From NCBI GenBank assembly GCA_043228905.1, contig JBHGNT010000001.1, positions 27,032,001-27,096,000 of the forward strand: a stretch of DNA of 64,000 bases. Reading direction: 5' to 3'. Position numbers and translations under genes: made by a program. This DNA comes from Azolla caroliniana. Its lineage: Eukaryota; Plantae; Polypodiophyta. Shown piece after piece: positions 36,980 through 51,193 of this stretch (positions are counted from its first letter, which is position 1; each line of letters begins with the position of its first letter). The notes beneath the pieces are model-generated. The model did no database searches. It was given only the letters and a program-made list of their open reading frames with translations, and was not told the origin of the DNA.

Positions 36980-39171
36980 ATGTCTCGTCCATTAAGGTGT
37001 AAGGTAGGAGTCGGGGACACAGGAATGCAGAAACATGTTGGCAAAATGTGGGCAAAGGATCCAACAGTGAGAGTTAACGCATCAACGACTGCAATTAAGG
37101 TAGCAACGACAAGGGTACCCGCTGTGAGGGCGGTGGAATCGAGGTACACATTGCAAGGTGGGAACAAGGATAGGGAGAAGCATCGGATGGCAAATGGGGG
37201 GCGTAGGAAAGTAGATGAGATGATGAAAGAAACAAGGCAACACATTATTGGTAGAGATAGGGAATTGGGTAAGGAATCACTCAATCAATTAGACAAGGCG
37301 GGCTGGATGGAAGAGGATGATAGGGCTCCTCTCAACAGCAAGGCGGAAACGGTCTTCACCGTTGAATGCTCAGAGGATTTGACAGTGTGGGGAGTGCCGA
37401 AGGTTTGGAATAAAGAGGTTGGGAAGCAAAAAATTGGGGGCAATAATTCCATCCATGCATTATGGCAAGTGATGAGTGCGGGGAGGCCGCGGGGACAGGC
37501 AGGCAGATCGTCACAAGGGTTGGATGGTGTTGCGGAATTGGACGCCACAGAGGACATGTTGCAAGTAGAAAATCTCCTACAGGAATGTGGTCACGCACAT
37601 AATGCATGCCCGAGAGGAGGTCATGATAAGGATATGGATATGAATGAGAGCTCTGAGTTACTAGAGGTTTTTTTGTCAAAAGATGAAAGTAAAATTTTGA
37701 ATGCAGAGATTGAAAGATTAAGGAAATGCTCGTTCATTTGTAAGCTATTTGGTGGTAGTCCTAATGGAGGTATGGTTCGTGACATGCTACAAGTAGCTCT
37801 TATGGATCAGGTGCCGCAAATATTAAATGTGCACAATATGGGTCGAAATTTCTTCCATGTTGAAGTGGTCGAGGGGGGTGATGTATCGCGGATTGTGGAT
37901 ATGAAATTTGTAGAGCTCAAATATGGAAGAGCTCTTTTGTTGGAGTGGCATGCTAACTTCAACGCTATGGAGGAAGACAAGAAAATTGGTAACCCTCGGG
38001 TGATTTCTATGATATTCCCAAATCTACCTCGACAGTTATACCCCTTGATCCCAAAGATTGGGGATAAGATTGGCATCATTTGTCCCTCAAAGGCAACGAT
38101 GGTAGATAGAATCAGGGACTACCCTAAGATTAGAGTGCTTGTGCAAAGTTTGTCCAAACTCCCCCCTATAATCAGGGTTCATGATGTAGAAGCAGGTTTG
38201 ATAGATGTGGCGGTGGAATACGAGGGCTTACCTGGTCAATGTTTTTATTGTAAAAAGAAGGGCCACATTGCTAAGGAATGCCCTAGGAAGATCAATGGTA
38301 ATGGGAGGGTGGGAAAGGACAAAGGGCAGGTTGCTAGGCAAGAGAATATAGGAGTGAAATATCAGAACACCCTCAATGGGGTAGTGAAGGAGAAGGCTAA
38401 TACAGAATCTTGGACTCTAGTTTTGGGGAAAAAAATCGTTTGCAGCAAGAAGGAGACACAACTATGCCTCGTGTAAGGTTGAAGAATAGCTTTGAGGCAT
38501 TGTTGGAAGAAGAGGAGTTGTTTCAGGATCAAAGCTCAAATAATGTTGAAGAGGTGGTAGTGTGCACATCTGATGCCTTGCTTGGTAAGAGTGGAAGTAT
38601 CAGACTTAGAGCGATGAAAGAGTGGTTGCGTACTAGGAGGGGGCAAGAAAGCTCTCCACTCAGTTCCGAAACTCAGAAGTTGCATGAGACAAGACAAGTA
38701 ACTTTAGGCGTAGATGCTCGAGTTCCGGTGAAATTTGTTCAGTCCAAAAGATCAATCAGGGATAGGTTCGACAAGGGGTGCAGGTTTAGCCAACAGGCTT
38801 GCAAGAGATTGATTGACTTATGTCATGAGGAAGGCCCAGGGCTGAGGGTTTATGTGGTTGTCAATGAACACAACAAGTTGTTAAATGCTTATTTTTCTTT
38901 TGACCTAACAGACCTGGAGATTTCAGCCAATAACATGGATTGGATCTCGAGTTCCATAACCAGTAGGGCGAACAAGTACTTTAACAATTTGCCCATCAAT
39001 TCGAATGGAGATAACTGGAGTGTGATGTGGATGAACGTTAAAATGATCTGTGGGAGGGTCAATGATTCATACATTAAAAAACAGTTGCTACTAAGCATAG
39101 AAGAGAGGGTAGACTCCCTCGATGAGGTATTGCACTTCCATGAGGAGGAAATAGAGGATGCAATGCGGTAG
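36980..39171 (+). pseudogene. L1 ORF1 (DUF4283-like region plus zinc knuckle), frameshifted near 38430
   Basis: VEYEGLPGQCFYCKKKGHIAKECP. The reading frame continues in ORF 38410-39171 after an A7 run. Confidence 0.82.
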
Positions 39172-39269
39172 GATGTTATGGTGGGATGGGAGAGGCTCAG
39201 TAAGGGTGGTTGGGCGTGGACTCAAGAGGAGGGGCTATGTCCGTCATGGGAGGCTTTACTCATGTTTTG

Positions 39270-42200
39270 ATGAAATTACTCACGTGGAACATACAAGGTC
39301 TAGGGGGTAGCAAATGTATGTTGGAGAGGAAGAACTTCTGACAAGAGTTCAAATCCCCAAGTTTCAAGGGGGCCCCGGATATATTGTTGTTGCAAGAGCA
39401 CCATCTAAGTGCGAATAGGATCTTAAATATTGGCAATCCTCTTGAGGGAGATTGGCAGACATTTTGGTCCCCATCTCAAGGTGAGCATGGTAGGAAAGGG
39501 GGTGTCTGTACATCTATAAGGAAGTCTTCAAATGTTGTTGTGGTGGGTCATGACACCATAGTGGAGGGACGTGCCATCTATGTGACTATTAGATGGGCCC
39601 AATGTGTAATTGGCATAATAAATGTGTATGCACCCAATTCGTCAATGAACCGGGCCCTTTTTTGGAGGCAATTGGCCGATGGTCTGCCAGCGGCAGATGC
39701 ATGGATCCTTGCTGGGGATTTTAACATGACTTTATACAAAGAGGACAAGGTGGGGGGTATGCCAATGGTGGTACAAGGGGTTGAGCTTGTTGCGTGGGAT
39801 TTGCTGATGGGTAGAATGGGGGTGAAAGATGCCTGGCATGTAATAAAAAAACCTCGAAATTCGCTAAGTTTTTCGAGAGCAGGCTGTAGTATGCATGGTT
39901 TTTGCATGTCACACATAGACAGAATATACATCAGTCCGGCACTAGAAAAATTTGGAACCAATGTGGAAATCATTGCAGGGTCAGCCTACTCTGATCATAT
40001 GCCGGTTAAGATAACGCTAGAAACGCAGAGGAGACCACCAAGGGACTGCAATGTGAGGATCAACAAAAAACTTTTTGAGGATGTGGAGGTGAGTAGAAAC
40101 ATAAGGCGTATATGGGAAAGCAATTCGGTTGGATGTGGCGCACTTGATAAACTTCGAGGGAAGATTATCGAAACGTCAACTTATCTCCATAAGGCGACGA
40201 AAAGTAGAATTACGAGGTCTAAGGAGGAAGAAATGTGTTTAAGGAGATCAATAGCGGCTGCCCAAAGGCTACTACAGAAAGATCCCCGATGCCAATGGTC
40301 TAAGGCAGGCCTCGAGGCTTCTAGAGAAATGTTGCAATGCTTGATTGCATCCAGAAATACAATGTTATTTAGGAGTTCGGCTGCATGGTGGAGCAAAAAT
40401 GGGGATAAGGTGAATAAACAATTTTTAATGCATAAACAACCTAGAACAAACTATAGCTACAATTCGAAGCTGGTTAAGGAAGATGGCTCTATCTCGGAGG
40501 ATATTTCAGAGATCTTGGAGGCGGTCACCTCACACTATCATGAGTTGCTTTCGGATAGTTACAATAGCCCCGAACAACCTGCTATGATAGAATATGTGCT
40601 TGAGGGAATACAACATAAATTTTCAGATGCGGCACAAGCTAATTTGGTGAGGCCTCTCTTGGAGGAGGAGGTGGCTGATGCTTTGGCAAGTATTTGTAGA
40701 ACGTCCAGCCCAGGCTCCGATGGGTTATCAAGAGATTTTTTCGAAAAATTTTGGGACGTAATCAAGGTAGATTTGGTTGATGGGCTAAAGGAGGCATGGG
40801 ATGTTGGGTACTTACCTGAGCAATTTCAAGAGGGGATGATATTTCTAATTCCTAAGGTACAAGGTGTAACAACTGATGCAAGGCAATGGAGACCAATCAC
40901 GCTGCTAAACACAATATATAAGATATTTGCTAATATACTAGCCAAGAGGGTAAATCCCTACCTGCAAGAACTAATCCATGTTGGACAAACAAGGTTCATG
41001 GAAAACAGATGCATAATTGATAATGTGCTGACATTTTGGGAGGTGATTGCCTTGGCAAAGAAAACCAATCAGCACATGCATGTCTCATGCTTGACTTTGA
41101 GAAGGCATATGACAGAGTTCAGTGGCCTTTTTTAGATAAAGTCACGGAAAGGTTGGGTCTACCTTTAAAATGGCAATCAGCTGCGCTAGCCCTTTACAAA
41201 GGAAGTTCGAGTAGGGTGTTAGTGACAGGGCATCGTGGCCCATCAATTCCATTACATAGGTCAGTTAGACAGGGGTGCCCGCTGGCCCCCTATCTTTTTT
41301 TATTTATTACAGAAGCATTCTCTTTCTTTTTGAACAGATCGGATGCAGGAATAAGAGGTTTAGCTATCCCACATGCGAGTAAGGAGTTGTTGGACTCTGA
41401 GTATGTAGACGACACTATGCTTTACTTGCAAGGGAATGATGCTAATTTACAGAAGGCGGAAGGATGGATTGAGTGGTTTTGCAATGCATCAGGGGGGAAA
41501 ATTAACTGGAACAAAAGTAGAGGATTCTGGGTAAGTTCAAACCCACGACCGTTATGGTGTCCCAACGTTGATTTTCAATGGGTCCCCAATGGCATGGCTG
41601 TTAAGTATTTGGGCTTTTTGGTGGGAGTTGAGACACCAAAAAATCAGCAGCTTGAGCAAGTCAAAGACAAAATTAGAAAAAAGCTTCGGTTGTGGGCATC
41701 AATAAAACTCTCCCTTGCTGGTAGGGTTGTGGTGGTGAACCATATTTTGTTGGCCACCATGTGGCATTCAGTGGCATGTTGGATGTTAGACAAAGCCTGC
41801 ATAAAAAATATTAAGGCAATGGTGAGAGGCTTCTTGTGGTCGGGTAGAGACAATGAAAAGGCATCAGCTAAAGTGGCGTGGGGTTGTTTAGTTAAGACAA
41901 AGAATGAAGGAGGACTTGGACTGGTGGATCTGGTTCACCAAAGTAAGGCTCTACTTGGTAAGCTTTTAGTGCGAAGTTTGCAACCCGTACCAGAATTGTG
42001 GAAGGTGCTCCTTAGGAATAGAGTTTACCTTTGGTGTCCCATGAATGGTGGTCCTTGGCCGGCAAATACATGGTGGTTGTTCAGCCCAGCTCTAAAGTTG
42101 AAAGAATCGGCTAGCATGGAGGATAGAGTGGTTCGCGCCATAATGAAGGCATGGTCAAGTTTAAGAGAAGGGTTAGTCTTAATGCAACCGAAAACACTGG

Positions 42201-43576
42201 ATGAACAGCTACGACAACCGTTGTTTTGGAACCCTAGGATTAGAAGTGAAGATGGTAAGATGCTTGGACAACAAAAGTACTTGCCTTGGGGGAAGATGCT
42301 AGGGTACAAGATTCGGTCGGTACACGATTGGGAGGTTTTCAGCATGAAGAGGCGGACGGGTCAGACTGTTAATTGTAGGATTACTGGAAGACTAGCGAAG
42401 GTAACCCAACTGATAGATGGGGTTGTTGAGGGATTGGATAAGTTGCCTGTGGAAGAGACAATTTGGTCGGGCTGGTTTATAGGTGAGGGTGACGCACAAT
42501 TTATCCGTGGTAGGTGCTCAACTAGCGAGGATCGTTTGTGGGGTAACCGAAGTTCTTTGACAGATGATGGTAGGTGGATGGCAGTGCGGATGGTAGTGTT
42601 CGAGGGTAAGTGGTGGCAATTGAACCCAGACCCTAAGACACTGGATCATGAGTGTATAATATGGCTTTACAATAATAAGCCCTTATATGATTTGGAGTGG
42701 GACCCATTGGAGATTTGGTGGCAGACACCATGAACAAAAAACTTGAAAAAGATTTTTGAATACAATACCAAGCTAGGTAGACGAATTGTTGGCTCCAAAA
42801 CCGTGGATGCTGGAATGATTCGCAACAACTAGAAGGATAAAGGCATTTCAGACGACAATTTGAAGTCGTTTTGGAGGAGACTATGGGCATTGGATATGCC
42901 AGAAAAAATTAAGGCTTGGTGGTGGCTTCTTAGCCACAAGGCAATACCTGTAGGCGAGTGGTTGAGCTCCCGTGGTGGTGAGGCTAGCTGTAAATTATGT
43001 GGACAGGTTGTGGAATCAATCTCTCACTATTTTTGGAATTGTACAGAGGCGATTAGCATTTGGAGTAGAAGCCTTCGAATCGTGGCAGCCTGTGGTGTGA
43101 AAGGGAACGTTGTGTGGGGCTCAATACAAGGGTTGTCCTTAAAAGGGGAAATTTGGGGCGAACGGTTAAACCCACAAGGACATGGATTTATAGTGCAGGG
43201 CGGTGGCGTGTTCCAATGTGATGGGGTGAGACCAGGCACAAATTCTGAAATTTTTGAGGAGATTTGGCTTATGGTGGCTTGTTTGACGGCTTGGCACATC
43301 TGGATCAGGCGTTGTAAGGTTGTTTTTCAGCAGCAAAAGATCTCATGCGGGGAGATGATGTTAAATATCTGGTTTGATCTTGTGGCTTGGTTGCGTGGTC
43401 GGTATGATTCAATTCAAGGGGATTCAGAAGAAGCAGAAAGGGCAAGGTCAAAGTTCTTGTTGAAATGGAGTAGCTCTCCCATGCTAGTCAAATCTTCATC
43501 CAGGCCTAAGTGGAATTACCAAGCACCTAGGTGGCTGTTTCCACCGATGACTCCCAATATTGTACATGGGTTGTAA
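39270..43576 (+). pseudogene. L1 ORF2 (APE-RT-zf-RVT), disrupted
   Basis: MKLLTWNIQGLG, INVYAPN, AGDFN, IDRIY, SDH; SPGSDGL, WRPITLLNTIYKI, LDFEKAYDRV, VRQGCPLAP, YVDD; CKLC...ESISHYFWNC. Stop at 39339 and frameshifts near 41.08 and 42.7-42.85 kb. Confidence 0.92.
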
Positions 43577-45655
43577 TTATGTATGTATAGCTAACACAAA
43601 CGTGCGTCAGGGAGTTGTAGAGTCGGGGTAAAATAGGGTTTAATTCAATTTTGCTTGAGTTAAGGATCGGTTGAGTTTTTTTGTTGTTTTTGGTTGATAG
43701 TTTTGGAGTTGTTTCTCCAAGTTGTATATGTTGATCCCATTGTGGATTTGGATAAACTTTGTTGTATTCTATTTGCTAACTAATGCGAAGTAATGGTTTT
43801 TTGGAAAATAATAATAATAATATCATCAAATTTATATTTTACCTTATAAATCCATCTATAGCGAATTACATTTAGATCATTATTTTGCGCCACCAATTCC
43901 CATGTGACACTTTTCTTTAATGCATCTATTTCTTCTTTCATTGCTTCTACCACTTCATTTTTACCACATGTGTTTCGTAAAAACTTCATTCAATACAACA
44001 TTGAACTTTTCACATAAATATACAAATAATGAATGATGCCTTAATCTATTCTATGTGATTGTGATCTACATGTGTCAAACATAACTCTCTCATCCAAATA
44101 CGAGTCATCCTCTTCTTCTTTTTGTGATTCTTGTTATTTTCTTCTTTATTTTCGACAAGTTCTTCTTATTGTTAGTGTGCATGCATCTTACATTCTAAAT
44201 CTTGAAAATTCTTTTTTTATCAAATTTGCAATCATGGAAAAGATAAGATTTATTGTCTTTTGGATCATAACTATTAACGTCTATATCATTTTTTTATAGT
44301 TTATATTATGAGCTCTATGCATTTATCGGAAAATTACATTCTTATGCACTTACCTAGGTAATGTACATAACAAACACATCAAAAGCTTTTATTTTTCTAT
44401 TACATTGTTGTCAACTATGGATTTTGATAGATATGGATCATGTGAGAAAAAACATTAATAAAGGTAACAAAATACCTAGATCCTACAATATGTAATCTTC
44501 TAATGGTCCCCAAACATCTGTAAGCTCGAGAGGATACCTAGATAGTCTGTGAGCTTAGCGTTATAACTTATAACACAACTCACATATAGATAATTCTAAC
44601 TTTTTATCAAACACGTACAAGTTTCTGACAAATGTCATTTACAATCATATCAATTAATCTTTGTTGATTTACATGACCAAATATTTTCTACCGTAACTAA
44701 ATATCACTTTGTTCAAATATAAATAAACACTTTTATTTAAGATTATCCAAAACAAGTAGATAAGCAACTTTACATCGAGTAGCAACCAGTTTATCATTTT
44801 TAGCCCAAGTAATTTCAAAACCACCGTTTGTGAATAATACAAAATTATTTCTCGACAAGTTAAGCAATAGAACTCCATGCACAAACCCTGTATCTTTTAA
44901 GCTCTTGATTGCATTATTTGGCCATTTGAATCTCAATATCATAACTTCTCTTAACATTGTATTGCATGTTAAGTCCCATACCAAGTTGCTTAGATACTAC
45001 CATTTTAGTTGTTTGATTGTTTCCAAACGTGTTATCTAAACACTCTAAATTATATCGTGTATATCATTCAAAGTTTTAGGTGTGGTTCTAACTAAGTCTC
45101 ATCATAATCATAGGTAGTTGTTGGTTTTTCAATATCTGGTACAAAATTATTGTGTGCGAATTTTGTTTCCTTAATATCACTATTGATGATACCATCAATC
45201 TTGCACTTGATAAGTTATCTTATCACAAATTTTACACATGAGAGGATTTTTATTACCTTGATTATTATGTTGTTCATTCCATCTTTGGCTACCTCTTCTT
45301 TGATTGCTTTGTGGACCATATATTCCACCTTGACCTTACTAAATGTACCATCTCTAATCAATTTGTGGTTGCTACCAAGAGTTCATATTTGAATTCAATG
45401 TCTTACTTTCTTTGGTCTATCATCACCACTATCTCTTTCATATCTTCTTCCTCTCAAATAGGATGCATTGCTCTCACTCCAATAATTAGAAATATGTGAA
45501 CTAGATGTCAAACAACAGAATACCAAACATGTGTGCAAAATTTTTGAATACGTTATAAATTCCTTAGTAATCCTTCTAACCAAATATTTATGCATTAATT
45601 AGTGACGTAATTAACCATGATTGTTTATACAAGTATATCCTAAAGGTGAACTTTT

Positions 45656-45697
45656 TTTTTGCTAACTAATGCGAAGTAGTGTTTTTTGGAAAAAAAA
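45656..45697 (+). mobile_element. ~40-bp extreme 5'-truncated retrocopy of the L1 3' end
   Basis: ttgctaactaatgcgaagta.tg.tttttgg plus poly(A) matches 43773-43808; TSD AAAGGTGAACTTTT at 45642-45655 and 45698-45711. Confidence 0.88.
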
Positions 45698-46181
45698 AAA
45701 GGTGAACTTTTAAATATGTGGATAGAAATAATTGTCATGACATCATAATTCTTCTTAATCCATACATTTTGTTCAAGCAACTCAATTGTCATATATCTTA
45801 TACTAACACATTTTTCAATCTTAACATTGCCTTGTAGTTGTATCAATAAATCAAATTTCTCAAAACAAATCCCAAATATATCGTGAGCGCAAATCAATTT
45901 CAACTTTATAATTCCAAGAGGAATAATTATCTTTAATGAGTTTCTCTAGTTTTGCTATTTGTAAACAACCTCTTTCTAATCCTCAAAGTTACATCACCAT
46001 CACTATCAATATTGCATTCACAATTATGACATAGTAACATGCAAGAGAAAAAATCATTGATTCTACGTCCCTTTTCTTTCTTTGCCGTTGCAATTAATCT
46101 ATTGCAAATATTTCTGAACGGACAAGCTAGCTTTGATATAATTGTTGGTTATATCTGTAATTGACGGTTGAGAAAGCATAA

Positions 46182-46218
<37 letters not shown>

Positions 46219-46800
46219 ATCTTAACTTTAAGTTGATGCAAAAAGTTGTGTATTTATATGATTGTGCACACATGAAAAATCAAGGAAGATTTCATAAATA
46301 ATAATTTACACAAAAAGAGAAGCTAGTTAACGGTCTTATGTAATGTGCGTGCACTTGTTTATATGCATATTGTATTCATATATCCAATATGCATAACTTT
46401 GGATATTTTTATGAGTGTACATACATGCAACAAAACAAAAATTTGTTATCGAATAATCGTATATTGGTGGGTGGGTTTTTCACTTCACATACACATGTGC
46501 ATGTATGTATGTATGTATGGACTCACATATGAAGGTCCGTATACAAGTATGTGGATATGTACGGACCCACAAATGTGTATGGACAGTAACAAGGAGTATT
46601 GTTTATAACAAAGTCCACATCATGTGTCTGGATGCTAAAGAACAAAGGCACGCGAATTGTGTTGTCAATACAATAATAGGCGAACAAGTCATATGATTTA
46701 CATATGTACATTCAATTTGTAATTCTTAGATTGATCTCACTACATAAGTAAAGGAAAGATTTTGCTCATCTTTCAAGTCTCGCAAGATGACCACCTTACA

Positions 46801-47048
46801 CATAGTACGTAAAATTCGTGTTCGTCTAGTATAACATTCGTTTTCCTATGTTGGAAAATGAATGTGAATGTTATTCAAACATTCTTGTGTTTTTTTCCCA
46901 TTTTTTAATGTTTTTTTTTTCGTTTTTAGGCTTATTTACCTCATAATAAATAGTTAATCCAAAAGTATGGTATTTATCATTCTTTGATGGTGTTTTTCTT
47001 TCACGAATGATTGAAACATTCACGAATGCACGTATGGTTCATACTATG
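46801..47048 (+). mobile_element. hAT-type MITE, copy 3
   Basis: Same TIRs as copy 1; perfect 8-bp TSD ACCTTACA. Confidence 0.9.
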
Positions 47049-47656
47049 ACCTTACATATTAACCTCACATTTTGTTTATTATGCAAGCTTGATTTCAAAC
47101 CATTATATCGTACTCTCGCATTCTTTCAACATATTATTCGTAAAAAATAAGACTTAACATAATTTGCGGTATTTCATATTTCCATCACCAAGTAGATGCT
47201 TTCATTTCTCTCTAAAAATTCATAATATGGCTGGGTATCATGTTCCATTTTAGTAATATTGGACATTATTCTTAGCATTATTCTTGGATTATGTGATATT
47301 CGACCAGACTCCCTCACACAAATTAACATATGCATGTCTCTAGTCCAAGACAAATAATCGTTCTGAAGGTGTTCAAGATAAACATAGCAAGTTATATCTA
47401 CTTGTGTGTGTGTGTGTGTGTGTGCGCGCGCGCTCGTGCATGTGCACACAAGATAACATTTCAAGTTGAAAACGTCGTTCCATCATATATATTTTTGTTC
47501 TCTTGCTTTAAAGGGACTATTAACAATGTTGTAATGTTTTAGTCTCCAATGGTGGGGTAGAGTCTCTACTGTTCTCCCTCCATCTCTAAATAAATTTTCT
47601 CATAATGTTCTCGTTTGCTTTGTCTTTATTTTGTTGACAACTTCCTTTGTAATAAA

Positions 47657-48067
47657 TTGGCTAACTATTCGGACGAGTCAAGCTATGGTTTCTCTATATC
47701 AAAGCATTATGTAGGGGTTTGAGAAGGAAAAGTAATCCATCCAAGTAAACATGCTTCACAAACACTATCAACAAGTGCATGGAAGGTACTCTTGTTAACA
47801 TCAATAATTATTCGTCGACAAGACTATTTATTATGGTAGAGAGTCAAGACATGCTACACATATTTTTGGCTAACTATTCACACGAGTCAAGATATGGTTT
47901 CTTTGTATCAAAGCATTATGTAGGGGTTTGAGAAGAAGTAATGCACCCAAGTAAACATGCTTCACAAACACCATCAATAAGTGCACGGAAGGTATTCTTG
48001 TTTATACCAATAATTATAAGTCAACAAGACTCTTAAAATTGTAGAGAGTCGAGACATACTGCACATA
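47657..48067. repeat. Tandem duplication, two ~205-bp units
   Basis: Units start ttggctaactattc at 47657 and 47866 and share tcaaagcattatgtaggggtttgagaag and ccaagtaaacatgcttcacaaacac. Confidence 0.88.
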
Positions 48068-51000
48068 CTTAAGTCGTCATTTCACAAAGAGTGCTCACCA
48101 ATCAATTGTAGACAAACATATGCAAAAGTTACATTGACACTTATCTAATACGCATGATAATCCATTTCATATTCAAGCACACACATATATTGCACAAAGG
48201 TGGAAATAAACACGTTCACATAACACGGTCTCATTGAAAAATTCAATTGACCAATTAGTTGTCACTAATTAATAATAACCATCTACTTGTCAACAATTAA
48301 TGAGTGGGCATGGGTACATGCATATTACACCTATACATCCATAATGGAATAATCAACTCACCCTTGCTTATTGAAACACACACATCGCAAAGAAGTGAGA
48401 AAGGGCTTATGATGTTTCCTACAGCAAATGTAGCTTTGCATGTTGCAAATCACAATGTACCTTCCTCATATGATATTGATTTGTATGTTGGCAACACATT
48501 GTGCATATGAGATTTGTCAAATCGAGCATAATTTGATGAAATTGCTATCTTTTAAATTTATATATAATATCCTTTTAAGTTGCTTCAATTGAGTAATTTT
48601 TAATCTCTCAATATTATAGGTGCGAGAATGAAATAAATATGAAATTTAATCTTGTAATCCTAGTGGTAAGCTAAAAGCTAAAACCCATTAAGGTGGGTTG
48701 TCTTCTTGATCACCTACAGACTCAGGTGCAAAACTCAATAACTTCATTAATTTAATAGATGTCACTACAAAACTTAAATTTAATATGTAAGCTTATGGTA
48801 TTCGGCACACAATGTTACAATTTGAGCTCCCTCTATGAGAACATGGATTGTGACATGTTATGTGCTTAAGGACATGGAGCTTTAAATTTTAACTAACATT
48901 ATTGGTGTCAAACCAAGAATTTCTAGTTTCAATAATTCTTTTTGTATTATGTACTTCATGAATTGGAACATATGGTTGACATATTTATACCACAAGAAGG
49001 CATATGATAGGTTACCAATGGGAATGCAACCATCATAGTTTTGTTACACACAAATGGCATAGTGCTCTAAGCAAATGCACAAACATCTATGAGTGCATTG
49101 GTAGACAAAGTAGATTGCCCATAAATAGTTGTAAAACAAAGATTATGTTTATGACAACACTAAAAAAGGATAAGTCATCAATAAAGTAAATGAGCTAGTC
49201 ATCGCTTGTAAACATAAAACAGAGTTTATATGCATCTGGGAACATAACGCGATGGAGGATAAATCAAATCTAAGGATCTCAAGGATACATTTTTTTTTTC
49301 CATAAAAATTAATCTCAAGGATACATTTCTTCACGGTTTGGTCACACCAATCCTTTTTTTTATAGGGCATGATTGTGAAGTGGTAGCAATTGTAAGCTCA
49401 CTTGCAAAAGTGTTTGAAAGTGTCCAAATGGGGTTTTTATGAAGTTTCTCCAAGTGAAGATACAAATGTCGTGAGTGTTCTTACTTATCGAAACCACATC
49501 GCTTCCCATCGGGATCATAAGCATGGAGAGGGTTGGGAAATAAATACCTTGGATACAAAAGAGAAAACTAACATTGACATCCTCGAAATGCATTTGAAGT
49601 AAAAATGTTGAAGAATATGTATAGATGGTTTGGGAGATAGGATGCATTACACTCATTCCATGACGCCTCATTTGGATATTTGACAAATGAGTTTTTTCAT
49701 GCAATGCTAACATAACATAGCATATGGTTTGTGGAGATTTAGAAGCTCATGATAAGATATGTTTTGCTAAACTACAATCCCATCTTCTTCTCTCAATGTA
49801 TAATCATACTCATGCATACATGTTAGAGCCCATCTCGTGTCTTCAATATGCACCGCCATTTATGTATGATTGATCTCACATTCTCTTAGTTTGATGTCGA
49901 GACAAGGCGGTGTGGTGTCTACATAGAGACTCTCGCGTTCACATTTCAGTTGGAACAAAGTCCACTAATTCTAAGACTCGAATATCACACTTTACCACGA
50001 TGCTTCTTCACCGTTTGATCATATTTGAGCCATAATTTGAAGCCAAATTTAGCCTTACACACATTTCTTCTCTCCCATTTTGCAATATGTATGCGTGACC
50101 AAACATTGCAATGTTTCATTAGTGAATGCCCTCGAGAGTGTCACATATTAACTCAACATATGACACATGTTACGTGGATACTCGAATTATATCAATTCGG
50201 ATCGTTGATATTTTGATATGGAGAGGACTTAGAGAGTACAGCCTCTCTATCTAAATCTAGGTCTGCCCCTCTCACACACACACATACATTACACACACAT
50301 TCCAAACATTAAGAGAGAAGGAAGCTTCTTCTTCTTCTTTATTTCTTTGTGTTTACATCTATCTACATGACCTTTTTATAACTTTTTCTTTCTCCAAACC
50401 TACTTACTTGTCTTTCCCCTGTTTTTTCCTTGCCTTTGATTTTGTCTCTCTTCTTTCTTCTTCTCTCCAATCTACCCAACACTACCTCATTTCTTCTCCT
50501 TCATCCTTCCAAAGAGTAAGCTAAGCTATATTTGGCAGGGATTGCTTTCATTTTTGAGTGAAACTGGCTCTAATTTAGACACGTTTTAGTGGCTAAATTT
50601 CCCTACTTGTCACTGCTTCAATGCCTCTGAAGTAGACATGTTTTAGTGGCTAAAAATATGACAAATCCTGATAAAAGGGCATTCCTTTCTTTCTTCTTTA
50701 TAGTTCTTTGAAATTTAGAGAGGAAATACCACTAGCTAGATTTTAGGGTTTTTTTGAAGCTGAGTTTATACCGAATTTAGCACTTGTCCTATCTGTTTTA
50801 GCAAAGATTTTTGTTAAGAGAAGAATATACTGCTACTAAGTCTAGGCAAAAAAAAGAGAGGCTCCAAATCTAGGACAAATTAGGGTTACTTTGCTGGCAA
50901 CAAAATTTCACTCGATAGAGGGTGAATTTCTGTCTAAATTTTTGAAGGAAGTTAAGCTACAGCTAGAGGGGAAATTAATCTAAATCTACAGTGAATCGGC

Positions 51001-51193
51001 CGAATTTTAGAGGGAAGCCCACCTAAATTTAAGAATGGAAAAGGTAAATTTTATATAGGGTATTTGGAAAGATTAAAGGGCAAGAGTTAACGGAAATCTC
51101 AAATCGAGCTAAAGTCTTGCTAAACGTTTTCTTTTTTATAGCTGCTTTGTTAACATAGTTTTGGTTTGTTTTTTCTGCAGCAGCACAGGAAAC

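Larger units (their letters stand above)
36684..43815 (+). mobile_element. Full-length L1-type LINE
   Basis: 17-bp TSD AATAATATCATCAAATT at 36667-36683 and 43816-43832; A/TAA tail; ORF1 and ORF2 present. Confidence 0.93.
36540..46300 (-). mobile_element. Ancient, highly degenerate Copia remnant that hosts the L1 insertion
   Basis: RT motif EAMKEEIDALKKSVTWELV...RWIYKVKYKFDDI continues across the LINE as IDQYIVKIAPKG...GLDYKEIFS. DVWGP occurs near 44510 and a degenerate PBS near 46130-46141. Boundaries are approximate. Confidence 0.7.

Noticed and set aside
38425-38435. GGGGAAAAAAA as a -1 slippery site in L1 ORF1
   Set aside because: It does not fit X XXY YYZ in the ORF1 frame; a one-base deletion is simpler.
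48900-50220. Possible decayed transposase or coding remnant
   Set aside because: No catalytic motifs or termini identified by eye.
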